60,754 bases of DNA from Salisapilia sapeloensis CBS 127946 (Eukaryota > Protista > Oomycota): NCBI GenBank assembly GCA_023334545.1, contig JAADVB010000098.1:1-60754 (forward strand). The letters are read 5' to 3'. Of this stretch, positions 21,383-32,236 are shown piece after piece; within the stretch, counting starts at the first letter, position 1; each line of letters begins with the position of its first letter. The notes below the pieces were generated by a model. The model was not told where the DNA came from. It searched no databases and was given only the letters and a program-made list of their open reading frames with translations. The translations under genes and the position numbers were made by a program.

Positions 21383-23212
21383 ATGGAGGCGCTAGGTGAG
21401 TATTATAGCTCCAGTGAGGACGAGACGCCGACATCCGTGTCTTCCTCTGCTCCTGCGATCAACTCTGCACCAGGAATACCTTCCACAGCTCTAACGACCA
21501 CTTCTCAGCCTCAGCATGAGTTCATGGCAGCTGCTAATAACAAGGAGCTCCATTTGAATCTACCAGTCGAACTCACACTCGCGCCTTCCCATGGCCCCAC
21601 TCGCGAGTACATGAATATCAATGGTGCTATTACGCTCTCAGATGGTTCTCATTCAGTCGGGAATGGCAAGGAAATTGCCACTGGTGTCGTGGAATCCACC
21701 ACTGTCGACGACATTGCGTTCGATTCGCAATATCACACGTATAACCAGTCTTGCACTGGCTTGGAGACCAAACCAAAGTACCAGAATCCGAATATTCCTG
21801 CAGCACCTCCCATCGGGAAGCTTTCTGGCGAGACAGAGCCAGTTGTGCCGGAAAAGAAGAAGGAAGTTGTCGATAGCACCACTCGCAAGCGACGGAATCG
21901 GGCGATTGCTAGGTCCAAGGACAAGGCTGAGGTCCACGTAGAATCTCTTGGTGACTATGAGACGCATGGCATTTGGGCTCCTCAAGAGGACAAGACAAAA
22001 TATCTGACGGATGTCGAAAAGGGAACTATATCAGAGGAACAGCAAAAGCATTTAGATGCACATAACGAAGCTAAGAAGCGCAAGACGGAAGAAGCATCGA
22101 CGATGGATGAAGACATGGACTTTGACAGGATGGTGGAGAGGAAGATGGGGCACTTGCTGCCTGCTCGACTCAAGCAGGGAGAACAGGCCGTACAGGCAAC
22201 ATCCGAGTTCCTCGGAGATCAAGAGTACGACTACCAGGGACGCTCCTGGACAGAACCGCCACGGACTCTCCGTCCAGACGATGGCGACCACGACGTCTAT
22301 CTTCCGAAGAAGAACATTCACACCTGGACTGGCCACACAAAGGGCGTGCAAGCGATCGAATTATTTCCACAGTATGGTCATTTATTACTCTCCGGTAGTC
22401 ACGACCACACACTCCGCATCTGGGATGTGTATAACGAACGCAAGTGCAAGCGCGTGTACGACGGCCATCGACATTCCGTTCGTGATTTGAACTTTTCCAA
22501 TGACGGCAAACAGTTCCTGTCTTGTAGTTTCGATCGATTCATTCAGTTGTGGGATACAGAAACCGGTCAATCGATTCACTCGTTCACGAATCGACGTGTC
22601 CCGTATTGCATTCGATACTACCCGGAAGACAATAATTCGTTCGTCATTGGCGACAGTAATAACATGGTCGTTCAGTTCGATGCTCGATCCGGTGAGATCG
22701 TACAAGAGTACAATCACCACTTGCAGGCAGTCAATTCCGTCACGTTTGTCGATGACAACCGACGGTTCGTCTCGACTTCAGACGATAAGAAGATCTTGAT
22801 CTGGGAGTGGGGCATCCCTGTGCCTGTCAAGTACATTTCTGAACCAGCCATGCACTCGATGCCGTCCGTCTCGTTGCATCCTTCTGGTAACTTTTTCGCT
22901 GGACAGTCACTCAACAATCAGATCGACGTGTACCAGGCACGTGACAAGTTCAAATTGCAACGCAAGAAGGTCTTTAAGGGTCATGACAATGCCGGATATG
23001 CGTGTCAAATCGGTTTTTCGCCGAATGGGCAGTACATTGTGTCTGGAGATGGTAAGGGAAATGTTGCTTTCTGGGACTGGAAGAGCACGCGGCTGTACAA
23101 AAAGTTACGAGCGCATGAAAAAGGACCTTGCATGGGTGTCGTGTGGCATCCGCTCGAGCCGAGTCGCGTCGTCACGTGCGGATGGGATGGTTTAATCAAG
23201 TACTGGGACTAG
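21383..23212 (+). CDS. CDC40: Pre-mRNA processing factor 17 (WD40 splicing factor)
   Basis: 609 aa. QEYDYQGRSW, YLPKKNIHTWTGHTKGV, QEYNHHLQAVNS, WEWGIPVPVKYI, GHDNAGYAC and a C-terminal GLIKYWD are hallmarks of Prp17/CDC40. Confidence 0.95.
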   Translation: MEALGEYYSSSEDETPTSVSSSAPAINSAPGIPSTALTTTSQPQHEFMAAANNKELHLNLPVELTLAPSHGPTREYMNINGAITLSDGSHSVGNGKEIATGVVESTTVDDIAFDSQYHTYNQSCTGLETKPKYQNPNIPAAPPIGKLSGETEPVVPEKKKEVVDSTTRKRRNRAIARSKDKAEVHVESLGDYETHGIWAPQEDKTKYLTDVEKGTISEEQQKHLDAHNEAKKRKTEEASTMDEDMDFDRMVERKMGHLLPARLKQGEQAVQATSEFLGDQEYDYQGRSWTEPPRTLRPDDGDHDVYLPKKNIHTWTGHTKGVQAIELFPQYGHLLLSGSHDHTLRIWDVYNERKCKRVYDGHRHSVRDLNFSNDGKQFLSCSFDRFIQLWDTETGQSIHSFTNRRVPYCIRYYPEDNNSFVIGDSNNMVVQFDARSGEIVQEYNHHLQAVNSVTFVDDNRRFVSTSDDKKILIWEWGIPVPVKYISEPAMHSMPSVSLHPSGNFFAGQSLNNQIDVYQARDKFKLQRKKVFKGHDNAGYACQIGFSPNGQYIVSGDGKGNVAFWDWKSTRLYKKLRAHEKGPCMGVVWHPLEPSRVVTCGWDGLIKYWD

Positions 23213-23699
23213 GTAGGCTCAAATGCAATCGTTACTTTGTCCTTGGTTATTCATTCTCTTCGATGATCAGTACTACTTATCCTTTAAAACGACGAGTGCG
23301 AATGGAGGTGAGTGTATATGTAGTAGGCAAGCACTTGGCCAAGTCTACCAACGAGTAGAGGGTGGAAGGATGAAAGAGAGCAGTAAAAAATTTCGAGAGT
23401 ATACACTGAGATGCTTCTTCATCGCCTGTCATGGTACGTTTCAAATGTACCTAGCAACAGGACGGATGCAACTTACTTTTGGAGGTTGACATCGTCGACC
23501 TCGAGGATTGTGACAATGTCGTACTTCGGTACGCTCGATGATATACTGCATTTGTAAAGATAGAGATAACTGAGCACTTTGAGTATTACTTTACATTCTT
23601 CTATTGCAGCTTGAGTGCGCCAAGGTTTCCATTCCCTTCTTTCGCGTATATCCGGACATTTTCACCTTCAGCTTTAAACAAAAAATAACAGTACGTCGA

Positions 23700-25450
23700 T
23701 GCTGATATCGTGACCTACAACAGATCCGATCGCTGCCCAACCAAAAGTACGCACAACAATCCCCCGCCACAAGACCAACGTATTATGTATCCTCTGCAAC
23801 AGATCTCCATGCCGTACTGATTGATGGAAACCCTGCTTTTGGAAGCAGAAGGGAGCGTCATGATGTACATCACCACGGACGCTCCCCAGGCAACGTACTG
23901 CCTAGTCCAGTCAGAGACTGCCACCTTCCCGAGCTTCGCTGCGGACCTCGGACCCAAGCTTTGCTTCTGCTTCTCTTTATCTAGACGTGGTCTACACTTG
24001 TAGAATGCAGACTATCACAGAAGCCGCTATGAAACACTATTCCATCCTGCATGTGAAAGCGACTATCCGTATTGAGTTTGAAGACGAAACACCATCCCCG
24101 AGTCTTCGAGCTCCAACCGAATAGTGTCTTCAGTCTGTTCAGAAATGTCGAACTGGAAACCGTCTTCTCACTGCTGTCAGAGCAGGTTCATCGACCGTTG
24201 ATCGTATCCAATACAGCGCGATCGGGAAATGTAGGCGACACTGAAGAGAAGGTTTTGTAAACCACCATGAAGTAGATGGAGGCGGAGAAGGTCTGCGTCT
24301 TCGATCTACCTACCTTGGTTCCAACGTCCATACAGCGTCCCAAATCTTATCGACGCTCGCCAACGTGCTCATGAGAGCGCAACTGCTGTTCACAAGAGCC
24401 AGAAAGCAGCTCGGACGCGCAGCAGACAACAAATGTCGAGCTGGCTTACCGAATCGAAACGCAGGCTCCGACAGACATCAGAAATCTAGGCCCAACAGCG
24501 TAGCGAGCACTTCTGCCACTATATCCCACAAGTGTCTGATGTATATTGCCAGAGTCGCATCATCCGACTAGCAGCTCCACACTACTGTTCTTCAGACTCA
24601 ATGCCGTACCTGTGAGGCTCTAGTCATCCAGTCATCCGAAGAGCAGTACGTACACTGCGTCGACTGCGCCGACGTTTCCACATCCGACGAAGATTGCCGG
24701 AACATACTGTACAAACTTGGACCCTATGCACTGCTACTCAATGAGTACTGGCGTGTCCTGTAGACTCACACGAACCTGAAACATATGCCGGATTGTAAAT
24801 AACACGACCAGCAATCTGCCAGCCTCGAGGTGTGCTCACGCTTCCATCTATTTCGCTCCATTAGGATCATCCTGTGCTGCATGTCATTCGTGCGATCATG
24901 GCTGATCCCATCCCACTTGCTGCAATAGGGAACGGATGGTACGCGACACTGTGGTCAGCGATCGTCATCTCCATCCAGGCAAGAGGCAGAGGCAGGGTTA
25001 CCGGAAGATCCATTGTCAAGAGCTATGACCGACGGAGAGCCGATCTCATGTCCGTACTGTGGAATCTGAGCCTTTTGACTGGAGAGCGACTGCAAACACA
25101 TATTGTGTCCGAGTTCGACGTCATGAAAGCGTTTGGTCTTGATAAGCCAACGTCAGAGGTCCAGATCGTGTCGGTACGTGTGCGGCGGAGATCATACCTG
25201 GAAAAGATGCGAATCGGTAGCAAAAGAGAGGCTGTTGTACCGGATTACACTCTTCGGTCCGCACATATCAGTAAATAAATCATCAGAGGGGTCAGACGAC
25301 GTGGTCAGGACACGGGAAAAGTAGAACGCAACATGTCGTTCTGCGTCGAAATGAAGTCACTGGGCGCCAAGTCGGCCCAAAAGCAGCGTGCTCACCAAGT
25401 TACACACCCGTCTCGACGCCTCACCTCCACTAGTGGCTCCCCTTGTCACG
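23700..25450. pseudogene. Decayed ORF relic, possibly a retroelement fragment
   Basis: Protein-like frames broken by many stops. Cys/His clusters on + (CRTC...CVDC, CPYCG, CRYVCGGDHTWKRC); on - a segment ESEE-x-VVWSC...HLWDIVAEVL recalls a LINE C-terminal zinc finger. Strand and identity are unresolved. Confidence 0.3.
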
Positions 25451-26217
25451 CTTGATATTCGAGTCAATTGATGGCACCGAGACGTGTTATCTCATGACAG
25501 CCGTACGAGACTCTGGTTCGGCGACTCTGAGCCACATGACATGATGTGTACAAAATCCAGGAATGGCTACCTGCGCGGACTTCAATCGGTTTTAAAGCTG
25601 AGGAAAAGGTATTCAGCGGATGCAGTTGGTAAGGAAAGAAAAGGTAGGAAACTATAGATGAAGTCGTTTCGTCGTTTACTCCGAGTCGATCATATGCGAT
25701 GAGCAACTAACTCCTATAAGGATGGGAGATGGTAGAGGATAGAGAATAGAATCAAGGATGTGGGGAGTGGGATAAGTCTGGAGTAGCATTGTATTAAAGA
25801 ATGCCTTTCCTACTACACCACATATTCCATCCCATGGTTTCTATAGCTTGCTGCGCACGCGACGAGAGAAATGCGATCAATAGAGCAGTCCCGCACGCCA
25901 GCACGCGCCTCGCATAGAAAAAACTCAGGTGCAATGGAGTGGAAACGGCCGAAACATGTTGAAGCCGTGGGGATCGGTCTCGTGACCCGGTCGTGAGTGG
26001 GGAGAGCAATCGTGAGCAGGGGTGCAGTATGACGTCCGACCATCATGTTACAGTGCATGATAAAGGATTCTACCTTCGCTCCATGCTCTGCAAGCTGTTG
26101 GAGGAAGATCCTGCCATGGGTTTGGCCGGCCTCTGTCACACTTCCACCGGCTGGCCTGGATACTTTCAACGAGTAGCTCTCGTGGATGGATAGCAGGCGT
26201 AAGACCACTCCTTCCGT

Positions 26218-26233
26218 CTTCATTTCCCATTTC
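26218..26233 (+). promoter_or_regulatory. Oomycete Inr/FPR core promoter of the Myb gene
   Basis: CTTCATTTCCCATTTC fits TCATTYY-N-CAWTTY and ends 32 nt before ATG 26266. Confidence 0.6.
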
Positions 26234-26265
26234 TCCATCCGAGACACACTTGCTCATAATTCCAA

Positions 26266-26973
26266 ATGACTATCACTGACGACGTGCGCTCGCAGCTTTT
26301 TGTCCGCACGAACAGCTCAAATCAATCCAAGCTCATCCGGCTAGCCGACTCGAGCGTCCCGCAGACGGTTAACGGCAAGGCCTGGACTGCGTCGGAGCAC
26401 GCGCGCTTCCTTGAGGGGCTCGAGATGTTCCCGAGCGGTCCGTGGAAGGAGGTGGCCAAGCACGTCGGTTCTCGATCTACTCGCCAGACTATGACTCACG
26501 CACAAAAATACCGTGAAAAGATCGCTCGACGCCAACGAGGTCTGCGATGCACGTCTCCGAACGGTGGTCGTAAGACGCCTAGAGCAAAGAAACAAGCGAA
26601 GCGCACGACGCCTGCAGAGCTGCTAGCAAGTGCAGTCGAGAGTCCACTGGCGATCGACACTTGGAGCTTGAACTCCGGCGCAAGAGAGACTCGGTCACCG
26701 TGTGCGGTGGAAGAGAGCGTCTCGAGCACAAGCAGCAGCAGTAGCTTTGACTTTGAAGGTTGCTTTGAGAACTTGGGTGAGGACTTCGGACCAACCTCGC
26801 TTTCGACCGAAGGCGACGACCTGAACCTCATGCTGACCACGGACGACGGACTGATGTCGCTACTGGCGAACGACTTGAGCGTTCCGTCGCTGGACGAGCT
26901 GATGCTGCCGCAGTTCGAGGTGTCATGGAGCGGTGCGACGACATTTGGTGACAGCACCATGGTGGATGTGTAA
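26266..26973 (+). CDS. Single-repeat Myb transcription factor, SHAQKYF class
   Basis: WTASEHARFLEGLEMFPSGPWKEVAKHVGSRSTRQTMTHAQKY, followed by an acidic, Ser-rich putative activation region. Confidence 0.92.
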   Translation: MTITDDVRSQLFVRTNSSNQSKLIRLADSSVPQTVNGKAWTASEHARFLEGLEMFPSGPWKEVAKHVGSRSTRQTMTHAQKYREKIARRQRGLRCTSPNGGRKTPRAKKQAKRTTPAELLASAVESPLAIDTWSLNSGARETRSPCAVEESVSSTSSSSSFDFEGCFENLGEDFGPTSLSTEGDDLNLMLTTDDGLMSLLANDLSVPSLDELMLPQFEVSWSGATTFGDSTMVDV

Positions 26974-27873
26974 GCTGGTTCTCGGTACCTGATACGAGGA
27001 TTTTATTTCGATAGGCAGGCCTCTCGGTCTATTGACCGTCGCACGAGCCTTGCAGATGTGAACGGAATACAAATATTTAAGTTTCAAAGCAGCATTTAGG
27101 AGTTTATTGTCATTAGATCGGATGGTGCGCGGTGGAGGGAGCATGCGATGGAAGTTGTATCTATCATTGGGCGTTTTGGATTCGACCTGAGTCGAAGCTT
27201 TACAGCGTGTACCTTCAACCCCCACTTGCGTTTGCAGATGCGTCATTCGGCGATGCGTTCTGGTGGCTCCGGAGTAAAATGGGATTCTCGAAGGTATCTT
27301 ATCCAGTCAGTGGTCAATTCAGCTCCGGGGGACAGTCAAGAGATGAAGTAGATTTCCTGCGTCTTCTCAAGGTACAGTCCAAGGATGGGGCGCTTGCATG
27401 CCACATCTACTCGACACGCACTATCTGTCGCTTGGAGGAGCGAGATGATCTAAATAGAGCGTGCTATGTGTGCATTAGTGGGAGAGATAATCTACATGGT
27501 GATTTATGAGGAACATTCACATATAATTACTGTATGGAATTAAGCAAGGTTTCTATGTTCCCAAAATCTTTTGCTGCTCTCTTTGATCTGACCAACCTCT
27601 ACTCGTTAGTAAACTTGAGCAACTGCTTGCCTAGTACATATACACTCACCTCCAGTCACACTCACTCGTCGGTTCAAAAGTATAATTAGAATATTTGAAA
27701 TGAGATCTACTTGCAGGTGCCAATCGAGTACTACTCTTCATGTCCGTGTACAACTTCAACATGCTACTATACTAAACTTCATATAGAATAGTGACGTGCA
27801 AATGGAACGGCATTTTTACGTCTGAGTCGACATTTCTCAGCATCTGCGCGACGAATCACACGGACGTGGCTCG

Positions 27874-28371
27874 ATGCGATTTGCTCCATTTTCACTCCTT
27901 CTTGTGCTCTTCGCATCCGTTGCTGTAATTACTCTAACGGCTTACACATTTTCCGATTGCTGCTTGGCTGACTCTCACTCCCAATCGTCCTCTATCACCA
28001 TGGTGGACAAGCTGACACCAGAACTGCGCGAAGAAATTGAGTCTCATCCAGATCATCCGAAGGATGTGATCATCTCGTTGGACCCAGATCGCATGCCCAC
28101 CGACGATCCAAACTGCACGGATGAAGCCCTTAGTAGTAACAACAACTACGTCGCATCACGCCGCCAGAAAGCAGCGTGCTTACAGACAGAAGTGAAGAAT
28201 TATTTGGATGCAAACACGGACATGTATGATGAAGTCAAGTACTTTTGGATCAAGACGGATGTGAGCGTGAAAGGTGCGATGCCCAAGCTACTTTCCAGCT
28301 TATCGGAACTCGATTCGGTTACTGAAGTCCGAGAAGATAAGCCAGTTGCGACGATCAATGGTTCTCAGTAG
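27874..28371 (+). CDS. Stand-alone subtilisin-propeptide-like (I9-type) protein with a predicted signal peptide
   Basis: Hydrophobic N-terminus, then DVIISL...LQTEVKNYLD...YFWIKTDVSVKG...LSSLSELDSVTEVRED. This aligns by eye with the prodomain of the subtilisin at 38885. No catalytic domain follows. Confidence 0.72.
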   Translation: MRFAPFSLLLVLFASVAVITLTAYTFSDCCLADSHSQSSSITMVDKLTPELREEIESHPDHPKDVIISLDPDRMPTDDPNCTDEALSSNNNYVASRRQKAACLQTEVKNYLDANTDMYDEVKYFWIKTDVSVKGAMPKLLSSLSELDSVTEVREDKPVATINGSQ

Positions 28372-28434
28372 TGATATAACATGAATTTTGATCCCTTTCG
28401 AAAATTGCTTCGTCAAGAGTATGTGTATTTCGTT

Positions 28435-31400
28435 TTATAGCGATATCGTGCTTTCATGATCCTCTTCGTCGTCATCGTCCGCTTCGTTCCACCCTGTGTA
28501 GTGACCTGTCTGCTCTTCGGACCATTCGGTCGCTGCTCCATACTGCCCCATTTGTGCATGCCATGCTCGTATCGATTCTTCATCCCACCCCTGATGGTCG
28601 TATGTGGTATATTCGCTGTGTGGAATGGAAGCATAGGATGGATCCTGTGTATACTCATCTGGATGCCCTTCATTCCATCCATGCTCATACGTTTGATATG
28701 CAGGATCAATACTTGGGTCGTAGTTAGCATCCACCCACGCATTCCAATTCTGCTCTTCCGAGGTTTGCCATTCTACTCCTGGGGACAGCATGCTTTGGTC
28801 TTGTACATATTCGGCCGTGGATAGCATGTCTATTGTTGCTACTCTGTCATCGTATTCAGCAAATTGATCGAAAGGTAGCTGAGGATGGCTTTCTTCAAAT
28901 GAAGGTGACACATTTTCTGAAACTTGTTCTACTTGATCGAGTATTGCTGCCATGGTGTCTGCCACATATGCTTCTTCTTCCAAAGTATCCTCTAGCATGT
29001 CATTGTCAACGGCAGGCGTTAATGGTCCTAGTATTGCATCATCATCTTCTTTTACGACTTGTTCAGACTCCTCCAGCAACACAGGCACTGTATCTACTTC
29101 GTCATGCTCATTCTGTGGTATCGGCTCTTGAACTTGTTCCTCTTCGTCTAATGTATCTCTAGATATCTCTGAAGATGAAGCTTTATCAGGAAGAATTAAA
29201 TCCTCGCAGGTGTTTAATTGAGGATCAGTTTCCAATGATGAATCTTCGACGGGTATACGAGGACCCTCAGAGCTATTGGTTTCCATGTCACTCTCCAATG
29301 GTGAAACTTCAATAGGTGAGATGGGAGTTTCGAAGGTATCTGATTGACTATTCGCTTCCAATGACAAAGCTTCAGCAGGTAAAATGGGACTCTCGGGTAT
29401 ACTCGTTTGGAGATCAGTCTCTAATGTTGCATCTTTGACAGGGAAGATGAGAGTACCGAACGTATTCGGCTGAGGATTAGTTTCCAATGTTAAAGCTTCA
29501 CTTGGTGGGGTGAAATCCTCATAGGCACTCAATTGTGAACCTGTTTCCACGAGTAATGGTTCTACTGGTAATACCGGAGCCTCACAAGTACTTGATCGAG
29601 AATCAGTTTCCATTTTAAACTCAGCAGTCTGAACAGCACGTGAATAGCTTTCAGTCTTACGCTGTTCCTTTTTTGGTTCATCCTTTATCACAGTAGCCGA
29701 CGTTGCAAAGAGCGTTGCTGAATCTGTTTCAAGGAGCAGAATAGCAAGCACTTGACAAAAGTATTGAAGGAGCTCCAACGTCAGTTGGTCATGAGCTTCT
29801 TGAGCTGCTTCCTTTTCCCTATCCTTCTTCTCCGAATCTGGCTTTGATCCAGTGCGTGCCATCTCTATCATACCGAGAGGAGTATTCTTAACAGGTGATG
29901 CAATTCTTACCAAGTACAGCCCAGCATCGCCAGTGCTTAAGTCTTCTGCATCATTATATGTACCAGCTTCCAATACATTTCTGAGTATCTCATACCCGGA
30001 TGCAACCAGCTCTGATGTATTATTAACTGCTTTAGCGCACAAGCATGACGTCGTGGTGACGTATCGCCGGCGTATAACTTCTTCTCCATCATCTTTTTGT
30101 TCCTTTCGTATATACCATGTTTGGTTTTGGTCACTTGTAAAGACAAAGATGCGAGCTGCTCGTGCTTGTAGTATATCTAATAATCTCTCTTCGGCTTCAG
30201 CAACAACAGCTAGTTGGGATCCTGGAGCTTGTGACGATGATTGAGAGAGCGTGCCAAAGAGATGAAGGATTTGAGAGGCCTTCTTCTGCGACCGCTCTGT
30301 ACTCGATGTAACATGCGTCTGCAGTAGAATGGAGGCGGCATAGTGGCTAAGTAACGTTCCAAGTATCTCGTCTGTTGACGAGAATGGCCTTCCATTGATA
30401 GTATTCCAGCATTGCAGCACAGCAAAGGCTTTATCTGAGGATGCTGTTGCCATCGGTATGCACAAGACTTGGCGAGACGGCATACTCGTGATAGAGTCCG
30501 AGGCACTGTAGAATCGAGCGTCTTCATAAGCCCTTTTAACGTTGCAAATCGAGTTTTGTCTCGCAGCAAACCCTGCAAATCCACGATCCAGTGGAAACTG
30601 CCATTGAACTGGTCCTCGCTCGCAGGCATGAGATACTAATAGCTTGGATGATTCATCAACAACAAAGACAGCAGCATGGTCACACTTTAAGAGTGAGCAT
30701 GCTTGCTGCAGTAATCTAGACGTATCGTAAGGACATATTGGACAATAAATGAAAATAAAGATAGTACGAATGGAGGACAGTCGGAGCATGAAGCGAACGA
30801 ACAATGGTTTGGCATGCCTGGATCCATTTCTTGATGGAGACAGACAAGTTGATCGCCAACGTGATATTAAAGTCCGGATCGAGTTTGTCAAGCACTTTGA
30901 GGATGCTTGGGTCAATGTACTGGACGTCATCACTATGGACTTGATGAGATGAAGGCTCGCGGGTGGTAGAAAGCGATGCTGACGGACAGCGACTTGGACT
31001 ACAGTTGGAACTCCTTGAAGTGTTAAGAGGAGAATATGTTCCCTTTGATTTAGGAGGAGGTTGTAGTTTTGTTTTTGAATCCTCGTGGTTTAGTAGAGCC
31101 GGTGGACTATCACTAGAGTTGTGTTCGGATACAAAGTCGGATGGATCATCGACTTCATTCATCTGGCGCACAGCTTCCATCTCAGCTTTAATTTCCCTTA
31201 GCTGGATAGCCTGTCGATTGGTTACTTCTTTGTCCTGCACATGCCTAGCTTCCAGGACCTACAGTCAAGTAGATTATCTACTTTGAGTTATCAAGTCACA
31301 ACAAATCCAAGTCGCAATGCATACCTTTAGTTTTCGAATGAGTTCTTGGTTTTCTTTCGCCAGTCGATTAATGGTCTTTTGGGTAGAAGAAATGTGGTCA

Positions 31401-32158
31401 CTTGGGCGATTTGCAGGTGATTTCGACGACATCTTTTCAAGTGCAGAATATGCAGACGCGTACTTGCCTGTCAGCTTGTCAATCGCCTGCTTGTGTTGTC
31501 GATTCTCTGCCTGTGTATCTTGTACTTTAAGAAGAGAGCTACGCAGTTGGCTCTTCAGGTCTTTCGCATAATCTTTCAGATGCAGAACTTGTGCCTCCAA
31601 ATTTCTCTTGTCTTTGACCAAGGTTGACATTTGCCGCTCCATCAACTGTACTTGATGTCGTAAAGAGTGTGCATCGCCTTCATCGTCATTGCTATTGCTC
31701 ATGAATGCACACGGAGAAGGCGAAGTATGCGTTGCTAAAGGCTCTAACCGAGGTCTATGCAACGAAGGACTGAATGCAGCGGACGAATTTGATGATGCGG
31801 AGGCTAGAAGCATACTACGATTTTGATATGACGAATAGACTTGGGCTGACGGAGGATTCGACCATGGTAACTCTGGCGATGATCCACATCGATTCAAAGA
31901 TGAAATAAACGGTGGAGATACCGTGGTTTCCTGCTTATAAACGTTCAAGTCCGCAGGTACTGGAAGAGGTGTCGGCTCTACTACTTCATTATTCGACGCT
32001 AGAGCAGTTCCAGGTGAAGGTTCCGGTCGCTTTGGCTTCTTTCTCGAGCTACTATGACTTAATGAGCCAGTTGGTTGCTGGACAATGAAGAAAGTAGAGG
32101 CGGATGGAGGAGGTAATCGCTGGTTCTTCAAGCGTGATGAAGTAGATCGATTCTCCAT
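28435..32158 (-). CDS. Coiled-coil plus GAF-domain protein with an acidic repetitive C-terminus, 1201 aa, three exons (32158-31325, 31258-30768, 30715-28435)
   Basis: Introns GTATGC...TGTAG (66 nt) and GTACTA...TCTAG (52 nt) join three ORFs in frame (3606 nt). GAF signature LLKCDHAAVFVVD...FPLDRGFAGFAA...NVKRAYEDARF...VLCIPM...VLQCWNTINGRPFSSTDE, followed by a second degenerate GAF. Confidence 0.8.
29188..29565 (-). repeat. Six degenerate 63-nt (21-aa) coding tandem repeats
   Basis: A TCCAATG-like word recurs at 29231, 29294, 29357, 29420, 29483 and 29546 (exact 63-nt period). Peptide unit approximates xExxxLETxxQxxTxExxIxP. Confidence 0.75.
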
Positions 32159-32236
32159 TTGAATATGAAAAGAACAAGATGAAACGGATATGATTTTTGA
32201 TTTGTTTGAAAAGATATGAAAGATGCTTGAGGAGAA

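Noticed and set aside
23440-23690. Intron-like GTACGC...TTCTATTGCAG joining QQDGCNLLLEVDIVDLEDCDNVVLR to LSAPRFPFPSF...
   Set aside because: No credible start or promoter in the roughly 230 nt after CDC40; no family recognised.
27132-27509. 125-aa ORF between Myb and the propeptide gene
   Set aside because: No motifs, no codon bias, and an alternative start codon.
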